DNA of 64,000 bases from Acidimicrobiales bacterium (GCA_965216655.1 CBDCGP010000002.1:8482-72481); one strand, 5' to 3'. Counted from the first letter of the stretch, positions 1-9,874 are shown. Notes: generated by a model not told the origin, from the letters alone. Made by a program: numbers and translations.

Positions 1-115
1 CCGATACGCCATCGAAGGCGTCGGCCGCCAGGCCCGAATCGTCGCTACTGCTGCAGCTCGATACCAATAACAGCAAGATGGCACCAATGGCCACCTGTGC
101 CCTGGTTTGCCTCAT
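1..115 (-). CDS. lipoprotein, N-terminal fragment (gene runs off the window start)
   Basis: ATG at 113-115 (minus) with AGGAGG 8 nt upstream. Translation MRQTRAQVAIGAILLLLVSSCSSSDD has a signal peptide with a lipobox-like LVSSC. The frame stays open to position 1. Confidence 0.5.
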   Translation of the reverse strand, partial: MRQTRAQVAIGAILLLLVSSCSSSDDSGLAADAFDGVS

Positions 116-315
116 GAGGTTGACCTCCTGTTCGCGGCCGCGGTGAAGCAGCCCGTTCATGACCAATCTGAATTAACAGCTGTGAACGATGTGAGCAGAT
201 GGTGTAGCCGGCCCCCGACCGATCAAAGCCGCCGCGCACTGTGGCGCCCCCTCTAGGAGACGAGGCTAGCAGAAACACCTATTTCGTGCCATTGTGCGAC
301 CGCCGACCGGTCGCG

Positions 316-2412
316 CTACTCCTCGGCCCCGAACCATTGCTCGTACAGCTCGCCGTATTCACCGGATTCGATGACGGCGATCAGACCGCGGTTCACCGCT
401 TCGGTCAACTCGCTGTCGGTGCCGAGCGCGAAGCCGAAGCCCCGCTCGGCGAACACGAGCCCGGTCAGTTCGGCATCGCCGTCGACGTTGTCGGTCACGA
501 AGTGCTGGAGGATCGCGGCATCGTGGACGACGGCGTCGAGTGATCCGGTGAGCAGGGCGTCGTAGGCCTCGTCCGCCGTGACGTACTCCGTGGCCGGAAT
601 GCCCTGCGCGGAGAGGTACTCGTCGGCGAGGGAATCGGCGACCACCCCGACGTCGTGGTTGCGCAGGTCGCCCGGTCCGCTGATACGGCCCTCCAACTCG
701 TCGAGGGTGAAGGCCGAGGCGATGCCGGCCGTGAAATAGGCCAGCACGAACAACCCCACGAACATCCAGAACAGGCCGAAGACCCGACCGACGACACCCT
801 TGGGGGTCTTGTCGCCGTACCCGACGGTGGTGGCCGTCACCGCAGCCCACCAGAACGCCTCCCAGATCCCCTCCCGGTACGACTGGGGGAACTCGGGATT
901 GGTGCGTCGTTCGGCCAGCCAGACGATGTGGGCCGCGGCGAATAGGATCACGACGAGGCTCAGCACGACGACCAACAGATCAAGGGAGAACACGGTGCGG
1001 GCCACCGCTCCCAGCCGGCCACCGAGAAATCCTCTCGACTCGGACGGGACCAGGATCTCCAGCCCGGAATCGAAATACGGTTGACTGAAATCGATGCGTT
1101 CCTCGCGCTGGGACGTGATGGCGATGGCGCTGGCCCCCACATCGGCTTGGCCGCGGGCGACGTCGTCGATGAGCTTGGCGTTGGTGGTGACGCCGTAGAT
1201 CTCGAGCTCGGCGCCGATCTCGTCGGCCACGAGATCAAGCAACTCCATCGTGAAACCGGTGTAGAGCTCCTCGTCGTAGCTGACGAACGGGGGAGCGGTT
1301 CGGGTGGCGACCCTGATGGTGCCGACGTCGATCCGGTTGGCATCGGATGAGATCGGTATCGGCCCGAGCTCGCCGCCGGCATCGAGGTGGGCCTGGACGG
1401 CCGCATCGAGCCAGCTCTCGACCGCGTCACGGTTGTCGCTGATCCAGGTGGCGGCGTGGGCCTCGATGTCGGGCTCGGAGTCCTCGCCCTTGAACATGAG
1501 CGCGTTCTGGGCCGAGATGTCGGCGAGCGGTATGGCGAGTCGGTCGAGCAGCGTGGCGATGGCCGGCTGTTCGTCGAGCAGCTCGCCGTTGGCCACCGCC
1601 CGGATGTCGTTGGGTGGGAATCCCATGGCGCACGGGTCGGCCAGGCACCCGCTGATGCCGTCGATGACGGTGGCCTCCTCCTGCCGGGCGATGTCGGGCG
1701 GCAGGCTGGGAAACGGGGCTGGAATCCAGGCGACGTCGGAACCGGGCACCAGCACCCCGGTGGTCCAGTTCGGGGTGAACGTGTAGTACAGGATCGGGAG
1801 GCCATCGGCCTGGCGGCGGACGGCGGCTTCCATCAACGGCCCGTAGTCGGCGCTGACCTGCTCGACGGTATCGGTGAGCCCGTAGGCCTCGAGATGATGT
1901 TCGACGATGGCGTGGCAGGCCCATTCGAGGTTGCAGCCGATCAGGTCGGCGCGGCCGTCGCCGTCGTCGTCGAAAATGGCGGCGATGCCCGGGTCGGCCA
2001 GATCGGCGAGTGTGGTGATCCCGGCCGCCTCGATCGAGGCCGTGTCGGCCAGATACCCCTGGAGCGCCCCGCCCCGAACCTCGAACCCGACGGCCCGTGC
2101 GCCGTCGGCGTCACCGCCGAGGAGCTGGTCGTGGAGGGGGAACCAGCCGTTGACCCACAGGTCCACGTCGCCGGCCTGGACGCTGGCATAGAAGTCGTCG
2201 TTGGAGTAGGTGGCGGGCCCGTCGATGACATAACCGAGTTCGGCCAGCAGCTGGGTGACGACCTCCGCCTGGAACCACCCCGTGTCCCAGGTCGGCCGGG
2301 CCACCACGATGACCTCGCCGTTGCCGGGACCGACGTCGTCGGGCCCCTCGGACTGCGCGGCAGCCGGTGCTCCCGACGCCAGAGCCGAGATCGCGACGAG
2401 AAGGACCGTCAT
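316..2412 (-). CDS. GluR0-like ligand-gated K+ channel with an N-terminal OpuAC-like binding domain and a split SBP family 3 domain
   Basis: K+ selectivity filter TATTVGYGD lies between two hydrophobic helices. SBP3-like lobes flank the pore (IRVATRTAPPFVSYD...; ...GFGFALGTDSELTEAVN). The N-terminal ~300 aa resemble a glycine-betaine-binding protein (DLWVNGWFPLHD). I chose the start at the signal peptide MTVLLVAISALASGAPAAAQ; the longer ORF to 2517 would overlap repeat copy A. Confidence 0.8.
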   Translation of the reverse strand: MTVLLVAISALASGAPAAAQSEGPDDVGPGNGEVIVVARPTWDTGWFQAEVVTQLLAELGYVIDGPATYSNDDFYASVQAGDVDLWVNGWFPLHDQLLGGDADGARAVGFEVRGGALQGYLADTASIEAAGITTLADLADPGIAAIFDDDGDGRADLIGCNLEWACHAIVEHHLEAYGLTDTVEQVSADYGPLMEAAVRRQADGLPILYYTFTPNWTTGVLVPGSDVAWIPAPFPSLPPDIARQEEATVIDGISGCLADPCAMGFPPNDIRAVANGELLDEQPAIATLLDRLAIPLADISAQNALMFKGEDSEPDIEAHAATWISDNRDAVESWLDAAVQAHLDAGGELGPIPISSDANRIDVGTIRVATRTAPPFVSYDEELYTGFTMELLDLVADEIGAELEIYGVTTNAKLIDDVARGQADVGASAIAITSQREERIDFSQPYFDSGLEILVPSESRGFLGGRLGAVARTVFSLDLLVVVLSLVVILFAAAHIVWLAERRTNPEFPQSYREGIWEAFWWAAVTATTVGYGDKTPKGVVGRVFGLFWMFVGLFVLAYFTAGIASAFTLDELEGRISGPGDLRNHDVGVVADSLADEYLSAQGIPATEYVTADEAYDALLTGSLDAVVHDAAILQHFVTDNVDGDAELTGLVFAERGFGFALGTDSELTEAVNRGLIAVIESGEYGELYEQWFGAEE

Positions 2413-2501
2413 CACGGATGCCACGCACAACCGATTCACACTTGGCCACGGTAGACGTTTCTCGTCGAGAAGGTCGAGAAGGCCCGGTCTCGAGAGCGGC
2501 G

Positions 2502-2551
2502 CATTCGCGGGTGACAACGGTCAAAAGCGGTCGTCCTCACCCGCGAACGAC
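2502..2551 (-). repeat. 50-nt interspersed palindromic element, copy A (sense orientation is on the minus strand)
   Basis: The reverse complement reads GTCGTTCGCGGGTGAGGACGACCGCTTTTGACCGTTGTCACCCGCGAATG, nearly identical to 28057-28106 and 51987-52036. It lies 17 nt downstream of the gcvP stop. Confidence 0.8.
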
Positions 2552-2568
2552 AGGGTCCGGGGCAGGTT

Positions 2569-5466
2569 TCAGCCGCCGGCCGCAGGTTCGGCGAAGGCCT
2601 CGAGTGGTGGGCAGGAACAGGCGATGTTGCGGTCGCCGTAGACGTTGTCGATGCGGTTGACCGGGCAGAAGTACTTGTCCATGGTCATGCCCGGCAGCGG
2701 GAACGCCGCCCGCTGACGCGTGTAGGACCGGTCCCACTCGTCGACGGTCAACTCCTCGACCGTGTGCGGAGCGTGGCGGAGGATGCTCGAGTCGGCCTCC
2801 ATCTTCCCGGCGGCGACATCGTCGATCTCGCCCCTGATGGCGATCATGGCGTCGCAGAAACGGTCGACCTCGGCCAGGCTCTCCGACTCGGTCGGTTCGA
2901 TCATCAGTGTGCCCGCCACCGGGAACGACATCGTGGGAGCGTGGAAGCCGTAGTCGGCGAGGCGTTTGGCCACGTCGTCATTGGTCACGCCGGTTTCCTG
3001 GGTTATCTTCCGCAGGTCGATGATGCACTCGTGGGCGACCAGCCCGTCGGTTCCGGTGTAGAGCACGGGATAGTGCTCGCCCAGTCGTTTGGCGATGTAG
3101 TTGGCGGCGAGCACCGCCGCCTCGGTGGCGTGACGAAGGCCCTCGGGACCCATCATCTTCATGTACATCCAGGAGATCGGCAGGATGCCGGCCGAACCCC
3201 ACGGGGCGGACGAGACGGCGCCCACCGTTCCGGTGTTCTCGATCTCGACCACGGGATGGCTCGGCACGTAGGGGGCGAGGTGTTCCCGCACGGCCACCGG
3301 TCCGACACCCGGACCGCCGCCTCCGTGGGGGATGCAGAACGTCTTGTGGAGGTTGAGGTGGCTGACGTCGGATCCGAAGTCGCCGGGTTTGGCCACCCCG
3401 AGGAGGGCGTTGAGGTTGGCGCCGTCGGTGTAGACCTGACCGCCGCCGTCGTGGACCATGCGGCACACGTCGCGAACGGTGTGCTCGTAGACACCGTGGG
3501 TCGACGGGTAGGTGATCATCAGGGCGGCCAGCGTTTCACCATGCTCGGAGATCTTGGCTTTGAGATCGTCGATGTCGACGTTGCCGTCGTCGTCGCAGGC
3601 CACGACGACCACCCGCATCCCGGCCAGAACGGCCGATGCGGCGTTCGTGCCGTGGGCGGAGGCGGGGATGAGACAGATGTCGCGCTGGGTGTCACCCCGG
3701 GAGGCGTGCCAGGCCCGGATGGCCAGCAACCCGGCGAACTCGCCCTGACTGCCGGCGTTTGGTTGGAGCGACACCCGGTCATAACCGGTGACCTCGGCAA
3801 GGGCGTCCTCCAGTTCGGTGATCAGCTGACGGTAGCCGGCGGTCTGATCGGCCGGGGCGTAGGGGTGGATGCCGGCGAACTCGGGCCAGGTGATCGGCTC
3901 CATCTCGGCGGCGGCGTTGAGCTTCATGGTGCAGCTGCCGAGCGGGATCATGGTGCGGTCGAGTGCCAGGTCGCGGTCACTGAGGCGCCGCAGCCAGCGC
4001 ATCATCTCGGTCTCGGTGCGGTGCATCACGAAGTTCGGATGCGTCATGAACTCACTCGAACGCTGCAGTGCCTCCGGTAGCCGGCCGGCGCCGGCCTCCG
4101 CGGCGATCGCCGTCGAGGCATCGCCTCCGACGGCGTCGGCGATCGCTTCGAGCAGGGTTTCGACCAGCGCCTGAGTCGACGTCTCGTCGAAGTTGGCGCA
4201 AACGGTGTCGTCGTCGACCCGCCGGAGGTTGATCCTGCAGGCTCGGGCCGCCTCCATGACGGCGTCGGTCCGATCGCCGGTGCCCGTCACCCGCACCGTG
4301 TCGAAGAACGACTCCGGGGTCGTGAGACCGAGGGCGTCGACGCCGGCGGCGAACCGGGAGGCGAGGCCGTGCACGTCGTTGGCGATCTCGGTCAGGCCCT
4401 CCGGTCCGTGCCAGGCGCCATAGGCCGCGGCCACGTTGGCCAGGAGCGCCTGGGCGGTGCAGATGTTCGACGTCGCCTTTTCCCGCCGGATGTGCTGTTC
4501 CCGGGTCTGTAGCGTCAGCCGATAGGCCGGTCGGCCGTCGGTGTCGATCGACACCCCGACCAGACGGCCGGGCATCGTGCGGACGTGTTTGTCGGCCGTG
4601 GCCATGTATCCGGCGTTCGGGCCGCCGAAGCCGAGTGGCACGCCGAACCGTTGGGCGGAGCCGACGACGATGTCGGCTCCCATCTCCCCCGGAGGGGTCA
4701 GCACACAACAGGCCAGCAGGTCGGCGGTGACCGCGACCAGGCCGCCGGCGTCGTGAACGGCGCTGATCAGAGGGGCGATGTCGGCCACCTCACCGGTCGA
4801 GCCGGGGTAGGCGAGGAGCGCGCCGAAGGCGTCGGACGCGTGGTCGACGACGGTTGCCGCCTCGCCGACGATCACCTCGATGCCGAGCGGTTCGGCTCTG
4901 GTGCGCACGACATCGATCGTCTGAGGATGGCAGCCGGCGTCGACGAACATCGTCGCCGAGTTCGATTTGCCGATGCGACGCAGCATCGTCATGGCCTCGG
5001 CCGCGGCGGTCGCCTCGTCGAGCAGCGACGCATTGGCGATCTCGCAGCCGACGATGTCGGCCACCATCGTCTGGAACGTCAACAGCATCTCGAGCCGGCC
5101 CTGGCTGATCTCCGGTTGATACGGCGTGTAGGACGTGTACCACGCCGGGTTCTCGATCATGTTGCGGCGGATGACCGGGGGAGTGATGCAGTCGTTCCAG
5201 CCGCAGCCGATGAGTGAGGTGAACACCTCGTTACGATCGGCGATCTCCCGTAGCGCGGCGAGGGCCTCGTGCTCGGTGAGCGGTCCGTCGACGCTCAGCG
5301 GCTCGTCGATCCGGATCGACTCCGGTACGGCGGCCTCGAGCAGCTCGGACGCACTGGCGTAGCCGAGTGCGGCCAGCATCGTGGCCTGCTCGTCGGCGTT
5401 GGTGCCGATGTGACGGGGGGCGAAAGAATGGGTGGTGAGGGCCTCGGAGTTGGACGTGTCGGACAT
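2569..5466 (-). CDS. gcvP: glycine dehydrogenase (aminomethyl-transferring), P protein
   Basis: About 965 aa with the PLP-lysine motif [19 protein letters not shown]. The start [10 protein letters not shown] lies 2 nt after the gcvT stop. The upstream 123 codons of the ORF are Arg-rich and overlap gcvT. Confidence 0.95.
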   Translation of the reverse strand: MSDTSNSEALTTHSFAPRHIGTNADEQATMLAALGYASASELLEAAVPESIRIDEPLSVDGPLTEHEALAALREIADRNEVFTSLIGCGWNDCITPPVIRRNMIENPAWYTSYTPYQPEISQGRLEMLLTFQTMVADIVGCEIANASLLDEATAAAEAMTMLRRIGKSNSATMFVDAGCHPQTIDVVRTRAEPLGIEVIVGEAATVVDHASDAFGALLAYPGSTGEVADIAPLISAVHDAGGLVAVTADLLACCVLTPPGEMGADIVVGSAQRFGVPLGFGGPNAGYMATADKHVRTMPGRLVGVSIDTDGRPAYRLTLQTREQHIRREKATSNICTAQALLANVAAAYGAWHGPEGLTEIANDVHGLASRFAAGVDALGLTTPESFFDTVRVTGTGDRTDAVMEAARACRINLRRVDDDTVCANFDETSTQALVETLLEAIADAVGGDASTAIAAEAGAGRLPEALQRSSEFMTHPNFVMHRTETEMMRWLRRLSDRDLALDRTMIPLGSCTMKLNAAAEMEPITWPEFAGIHPYAPADQTAGYRQLITELEDALAEVTGYDRVSLQPNAGSQGEFAGLLAIRAWHASRGDTQRDICLIPASAHGTNAASAVLAGMRVVVVACDDDGNVDIDDLKAKISEHGETLAALMITYPSTHGVYEHTVRDVCRMVHDGGGQVYTDGANLNALLGVAKPGDFGSDVSHLNLHKTFCIPHGGGGPGVGPVAVREHLAPYVPSHPVVEIENTGTVGAVSSAPWGSAGILPISWMYMKMMGPEGLRHATEAAVLAANYIAKRLGEHYPVLYTGTDGLVAHECIIDLRKITQETGVTNDDVAKRLADYGFHAPTMSFPVAGTLMIEPTESESLAEVDRFCDAMIAIRGEIDDVAAGKMEADSSILRHAPHTVEELTVDEWDRSYTRQRAAFPLPGMTMDKYFCPVNRIDNVYGDRNIACSCPPLEAFAEPAAGG

Positions 5467-5468
5467 GA

Positions 5469-6638
5469 TCAACCTCGGTGGAATCGATGGGGGGCGAACG
5501 GAAGCTCGGCGACCGAGCAGGTGACGTCGTTGCCTCTGACGTCGGCGATCAGCGTGGTGCCGATCTCGGCCAGGGCCGGGCGAACGTAGCCCATGGCCAC
5601 CGGCCCGTCGACGGTGGGGCCGAAACCGCCGCTCGACACGAAGCCGACCGCTTCTCGGCCTCCGGACGCAGCGGACGGGTCGTCGACGAAGAGCTCGGTT
5701 CCGTCGCGGACCGGCCGCTTGCCGTCGGGTTTGATGCCGACGCGGACCCGGGTGGGACCGTCGGCCAGCTCGGCCTGCACCCGGGCGCCGCCCAGGAAAT
5801 CGCCCGCCTCCCGCCGGCGCTTCGGCATCGACCACACGAGGTCGGCCTCGACGGGTGAGATCTCGGCGGTCAGGTCGTTGCCATAGAGGCAGAGGCCGGC
5901 CTCGAGCCGCAGCGTGTCGCGGGCGCCGAGCCCCACCGGTCGGACGAGATCGTGGGCGAGCAGGGCTCGGGCCAGGCGGTCGGCGTCGGCGTTGGCCACC
6001 GCCAGCTCGAAGCCGTCCTCGCCGGTGTAGCCCGAGCGGGCGGCCATCACCTCAACGCCGGCCAGTGTCAGCGGACGGTTGTCGAGGAACACCATGTCGT
6101 CGATGGAACCGTCGCCGTCGTCGGCGGCGAGCAGCTCGGCCACGACGGCTGCCGTGTCGGGGCCCTGGATGGCGATGAGGGCCACGTCGGGCCGCTCCGT
6201 GATGTCGACGTCGGTGAGGTGCTCGGTGAGGAACGCAAGATCGGCGTCACGCCGCGAGGCGTTGGCGACCATCGAGAGGTGTGTGCCGTGATTGGCGACC
6301 ATGAAGTCGTCGACGACGCCGCCTTCGGCGTTGAGCAGCAGACCGTAGCGCTGCCGTCCCTCCTCGAGGGTGGTGATGCCGGCCGGCGTGACCCGTTCCA
6401 ACGATGCGGCCGGGTCGTCGCCCCGCATCTCGATGACCGCCATGTGCGACACGTCGAACAGACCGCAGTGCGTGCGACACCATGTGTGTTCCGCGATCAC
6501 GCCCTCGTACTGGATCGGCATCTCCCACCCGGCGAACGGCACGAGCCGTGCACCCAGCTCGGCGTGCAGCCCGTGGAGCGGGGTTGTCGACAGCTGGTCG
6601 CCCGGTTGTCCGTCGGTGGCGTTCGATTCTGTGGCCAT
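5469..6638 (-). CDS. gcvT: aminomethyltransferase, glycine cleavage T protein
   Basis: Family-typical [28 protein letters not shown] and 389 aa. The start [10 protein letters not shown] lies just downstream of the riboswitch. Confidence 0.95.
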   Translation of the reverse strand: MATESNATDGQPGDQLSTTPLHGLHAELGARLVPFAGWEMPIQYEGVIAEHTWCRTHCGLFDVSHMAVIEMRGDDPAASLERVTPAGITTLEEGRQRYGLLLNAEGGVVDDFMVANHGTHLSMVANASRRDADLAFLTEHLTDVDITERPDVALIAIQGPDTAAVVAELLAADDGDGSIDDMVFLDNRPLTLAGVEVMAARSGYTGEDGFELAVANADADRLARALLAHDLVRPVGLGARDTLRLEAGLCLYGNDLTAEISPVEADLVWSMPKRRREAGDFLGGARVQAELADGPTRVRVGIKPDGKRPVRDGTELFVDDPSAASGGREAVGFVSSGGFGPTVDGPVAMGYVRPALAEIGTTLIADVRGNDVTCSVAELPFAPHRFHRG

Positions 6639-6694
6639 GGCACCTCGATTCAATGGATCCCGGCCGCCGAAATCGGCCGCCGGTGATCTCCCGG

Positions 6695-6882
6695 TGCCCC
6701 CTCTGTCGCTGGTACCTGAGAGATTCGAGATCCGCAGTGGTCTCTTTCCCCTTCGGTGGCCGACTCGATCGACTCTCTCCAGAGTTATGTCACCGGCGCA
6801 ACGGTTCGTGGGGCCTGAGAGTTTCCGGGGCGGTTGCTCCTTCGGCGGATCGCTCACCTGGTGATCGATCGCTCTCCCGCAG
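6695..6882 (-). promoter_or_regulatory. tandem glycine riboswitch (two aptamers)
   Basis: The minus strand reads CGGGAGAG...CGCCGAAGGAGCAA...CTCTCAGGC, then CTCTGGAGAG...CACCGAAGGGGAAA...CTCTCAGGTACCAGCGACAG. These match the conserved cores of both glycine aptamers, directly 5' of gcvT. Confidence 0.85.
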
Positions 6883-6917
6883 CGCTGGTTCTCCTGTGGC
6901 TTGTTCAGCCGAGAGTA

Positions 6918-6946
6918 ACCGTAACCATCTTTGCCGATCGATTCAA
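6918..6946 (-). promoter_or_regulatory. candidate promoter for the riboswitch-gcvTP transcript
   Basis: The minus strand reads TTGAAT-N17-TACGGT, about 35 nt upstream of the first aptamer. Confidence 0.35.
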
Positions 6947-7023
6947 CCGAACCGGCGGTTGGCGGGTGCGTGGGGCGCGGGGGCTGCGATGTTTCGCGTA
7001 GCGAAACTCGGAGTGAGCCGCAG

Positions 7024-7102
7024 GGCGGCTCACACGGCCGCCGGTTGGTGTGGTTGGCCAGGGGTGGCGGGCCGCGGGCGGCTCACACGGCCGCCGGTTG
7101 GT
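7024..7102. repeat. 27-bp perfect direct repeat, two copies 52 bp apart
   Basis: GGGCGGCTCACACGGCCGCCGGTTGGT occurs at 7024-7050 and 7076-7102. It lies between the phosphotransferase stop (7107) and the gcvT promoter region. Confidence 0.85.
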
Positions 7103-7106
7103 CGGT

Positions 7107-8201
7107 TCAGCCGCGTGATTCCAGCAGCTCGAGGGCGGCGGTTGCGAGCGACGTGACCTGATCGGCGTAGTCGTCGATCTCCTCGGTCACCTCGCCGAGA
7201 GCGCCCTTGAGATAGCGGGAGTACACGCCCTCGACAATGGCGCCCAGCCGCCAGAGCTGGAAGGCCCGGTAGTAGTCGGCGTGCTCGGCCAGGTGGTCGG
7301 CGTCGAACCCCGTCTGCCTGCAGTACAGATCAGTCAGTTCGTCCTTGGTGAGGAATCCGCCGGCCTGGGTCGGGAAGTCGGTGGCCCCCCGGTAGTTGGG
7401 TTCCCCCGGTTCGAGCCAGTTGTTGAGCAGGTAGCCGAAGTCGGCGAGAGGATCGCCCAGTGTGCACAGCTCCCAGTCCAGTACTGCGAGCACATCACCC
7501 GACCGAGGGTCGATGAGCATGTTGCCGAGCCGGTAGTCGCCATGGACGATGCCGGTGTAGCGCTGCTCGGGCCTGTTCTCGATAAGGATCCGGTAGGACC
7601 GGTCCATGGCCGGCAACTCCCGGGTCTTCGTCTTCTCCCATTGCCCCTGCCACCGTTTGAGCTGTCGGTCGACGTATCCCTCGGTGCGTCCGAGATCGCC
7701 GAGTCCGATCGCCTCCATGTCGGCGGTGTGGAGATCGGCGAGGGCGCTGATCGCCGACTCGCTGATCCGCCGGCGGACCTCCTCGGTCGGGACGGTGGCG
7801 GCAACCGTCTCCTCGTCATGGAGCACGACTCCGTCGACGTAGTCCATGACATAGAACGGGGCACCGTTGACCGCCTCGTCGGTGCAGAGACCCAGCGCCC
7901 TGGGCACGGGAACCGAGGTCTTGCCAACCGCGCTGATCACCCGGTGTTCCCGGGCCATGTCGTGAGCCGTGGCCAACACCGCCGTCAGCGGTGGGCGGCG
8001 CAGCACATAGTCGGTACCGTCCGCCGCGCCGACCTTGTAGGTCAGATTGGAGTGGCCACCGAGGATCATCTCGAAATCGAACGGTCCGACGGCGCCGTCG
8101 ATAGTGGCTTCCAACCAGGCGGTCACCGGTACCCGGTCGATGCCGTCGACCTGCTGGGAGCCGGTCGATTGGCCGCCTGAGCCTGCGCTGTGCGAAGTCA
8201 T
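7107..8201 (-). CDS. phosphotransferase (APH/choline-kinase-like) family protein
   Basis: LGGHSNLTYKV nucleotide-binding region and catalytic-loop motif HGDYRLGNML...DWE. Start at MTSHSAGSGG; the upstream part of the 676-aa ORF is Arg/Pro-rich and overlaps the plus-strand gene at 8342. Confidence 0.85.
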   Translation of the reverse strand: MTSHSAGSGGQSTGSQQVDGIDRVPVTAWLEATIDGAVGPFDFEMILGGHSNLTYKVGAADGTDYVLRRPPLTAVLATAHDMAREHRVISAVGKTSVPVPRALGLCTDEAVNGAPFYVMDYVDGVVLHDEETVAATVPTEEVRRRISESAISALADLHTADMEAIGLGDLGRTEGYVDRQLKRWQGQWEKTKTRELPAMDRSYRILIENRPEQRYTGIVHGDYRLGNMLIDPRSGDVLAVLDWELCTLGDPLADFGYLLNNWLEPGEPNYRGATDFPTQAGGFLTKDELTDLYCRQTGFDADHLAEHADYYRAFQLWRLGAIVEGVYSRYLKGALGEVTEEIDDYADQVTSLATAALELLESRG

Positions 8202-8341
8202 GACCTCCCATTTAAGTGCGGAACGATGGCTGATGTCCGCTCGTCGGCCTCGATCCGGGGGGTCGGCCCCGGTGTACCCGCCGGTCAGGCCCCGACTAAT
8301 CTGGACCCATCCCCTCGAACGCCTTTCACGGTGGCCGAACG

Positions 8342-9874
8342 ATGGCCGCCTCCGCTCTCGCCGCTCTGTCACTTCTTGTCGCCGCATGTTCGCCGACCAC
8401 CGAAACCGCGCGATCCGAGGAGTCGACGTCATCGACAGCCCAATCGGACACACCGGCTGACGACAGCCCCGGTGTCGATCCCGATCCCGACATCGACTCG
8501 GCTGATCCCACCGATCCCAATGCACCGACGGATTCCGAAGAAGGGGACACGGACGGCGACGCCGAGACGGAGAGTGCCGACGGGGTTCTGAGTCCGTCCG
8601 AGGTGCTCGAGGTTCTGGCGGACCTCGACGGCCAGCTCGCCATCGGGAACGGCCCGCTGGTGGCCGTCGCCCGTCCCGACGGTCGACGCTACATCGAGCT
8701 CGACGGCGGACAGACGAACCTGGCCAGCCAGCCGACGTGGTCGGCTGACGGTTCGAGCCTGGTGTGGAGCTCCGTGTCGGCGCTGGCCCAAGAGGCCCGT
8801 GTTCAGCGGTTCGACGACGAGGGGGTGGCCGCCGGCGAGCCGTTGGTCTCCGACGTGGCCGGACCCCCGGTCTTCTACTTTCAGTGGAACGGTGATGGAT
8901 CCGAAATTCTGTACCTCCGGAACTCGACTCGCCGTCAAACGGTGGAGGCCGGGGTGTTGTCGCCCGGTGGCGAGGCCCGTTGGCTCGCGGACGGCGATCC
9001 GTTCTTCGTGGCCTGGGCGCCGACCGAGTCGGTGATTGCCGCTCATGTCGCCGAGGAGCGGGTCGCCCTGTTCGACCCGGCGGACGCCGCGGCGCTCGGA
9101 GGATCCGACGACGAGGCTGATCCCGGTCGGCTTCCACTTCCGGTCCCGGAGAATCCGGTGGAAGGTGACGACGTGGTCGACGGCGGCGGATTCTCCTCGC
9201 CGGCCTGGCTCGATGACACCACCTTGTTGACCGTCGTGGCCGAGGCGCTCAGCGCAGTCGATGTCGAAACGGGCGCAGTCGAGTCGATCCTCGACGTCGG
9301 TGGTCCGATCCGGTTCGTGCTCAGCCCCGATCGGTCGAGGGTGGCATTTCAGCTGGCCGGAGACCTGGATCCGGACGACGGGACTCTCGAAGTTGGTCTG
9401 CCCACTTCGGTTCAGGCCGAGGCCGCCGGCGGGTCGTTGATCGTCGTCGATCTCGACGACCGGGAGGTCGCCGTCGTCACCGACCGCCCTGCGGTCGCCT
9501 GGGAGTGGAGCCCCGATGGCGAAAAGCTTGCCTGGCTCGAACTCGAGGGTCCGATCTCACGCCGTCGCGGGCGGTGGCGGTTCTGGTCGGTTGATGGGCC
9601 CGTCGCGGGTGACGTACGGTCGCCCACCGTCCAACTATCGCTTAAAGAAACGGTTAGCTATCTTCCATTTTTTGCCCAATACAGCTTCAGCCTCCAACGA
9701 TGGTCGCCGGACTCATCGGCCTTCGCTCTCGTCGGATCCAACCGCGGTCGCAGCGGTGTATGGGTCCAGCTCGTCGACGTGCCGGCCGAGCCGGTGCTGG
9801 TGGCACCGGGAGACGTTGTCAGCTGGGGTTTTGGGCCCACCCCCGCCCCTGATGCCGGCCTTTCACCGGCTTGA
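8342..9874 (+). CDS. lipoprotein with TolB-like (PD40) beta-propeller repeats
   Basis: Lipobox LSLLVAACSP. Repeated PD40-like motifs: WEWSPDGEKLAW, QRWSPDSSAFAL, VLSPDRSRVAF, PTWSADGSSLVW. Confidence 0.7.
   Translation: MAASALAALSLLVAACSPTTETARSEESTSSTAQSDTPADDSPGVDPDPDIDSADPTDPNAPTDSEEGDTDGDAETESADGVLSPSEVLEVLADLDGQLAIGNGPLVAVARPDGRRYIELDGGQTNLASQPTWSADGSSLVWSSVSALAQEARVQRFDDEGVAAGEPLVSDVAGPPVFYFQWNGDGSEILYLRNSTRRQTVEAGVLSPGGEARWLADGDPFFVAWAPTESVIAAHVAEERVALFDPADAAALGGSDDEADPGRLPLPVPENPVEGDDVVDGGGFSSPAWLDDTTLLTVVAEALSAVDVETGAVESILDVGGPIRFVLSPDRSRVAFQLAGDLDPDDGTLEVGLPTSVQAEAAGGSLIVVDLDDREVAVVTDRPAVAWEWSPDGEKLAWLELEGPISRRRGRWRFWSVDGPVAGDVRSPTVQLSLKETVSYLPFFAQYSFSLQRWSPDSSAFALVGSNRGRSGVWVQLVDVPAEPVLVAPGDVVSWGFGPTPAPDAGLSPA

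Noticed and set aside
45-278. 77-aa minus-strand ORF at the window start
   Set aside because: It has no motif support. A different minus-strand frame (1-115) has a ribosome-binding site and a lipoprotein signal peptide, and the rest of the region is probably promoter or terminator space.
5467-5835. N-terminal 123-codon extension of the gcvP ORF (2569-5835)
   Set aside because: The extension is Arg/Pro/Gly-rich, as expected for an out-of-context frame in high-GC DNA, and it overlaps the well-supported gcvT coding region. A clean start ([10 protein letters not shown]) lies 2 nt after the gcvT stop.
7024-7102. Possible CRISPR array (also considered for the 16412-16441 tandem repeat)
   Set aside because: There are only two copies (or three contiguous units with no spacers), no cas genes and no repeat-spacer periodicity.
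8202-9137. Upstream two-thirds of the 676-aa ORF 7107-9137 (minus)
   Set aside because: It is Arg/Pro-rich low-complexity sequence that overlaps the convincing plus-strand lipoprotein gene at 8342. The phosphotransferase domain begins at MTSHSAGS (8201).
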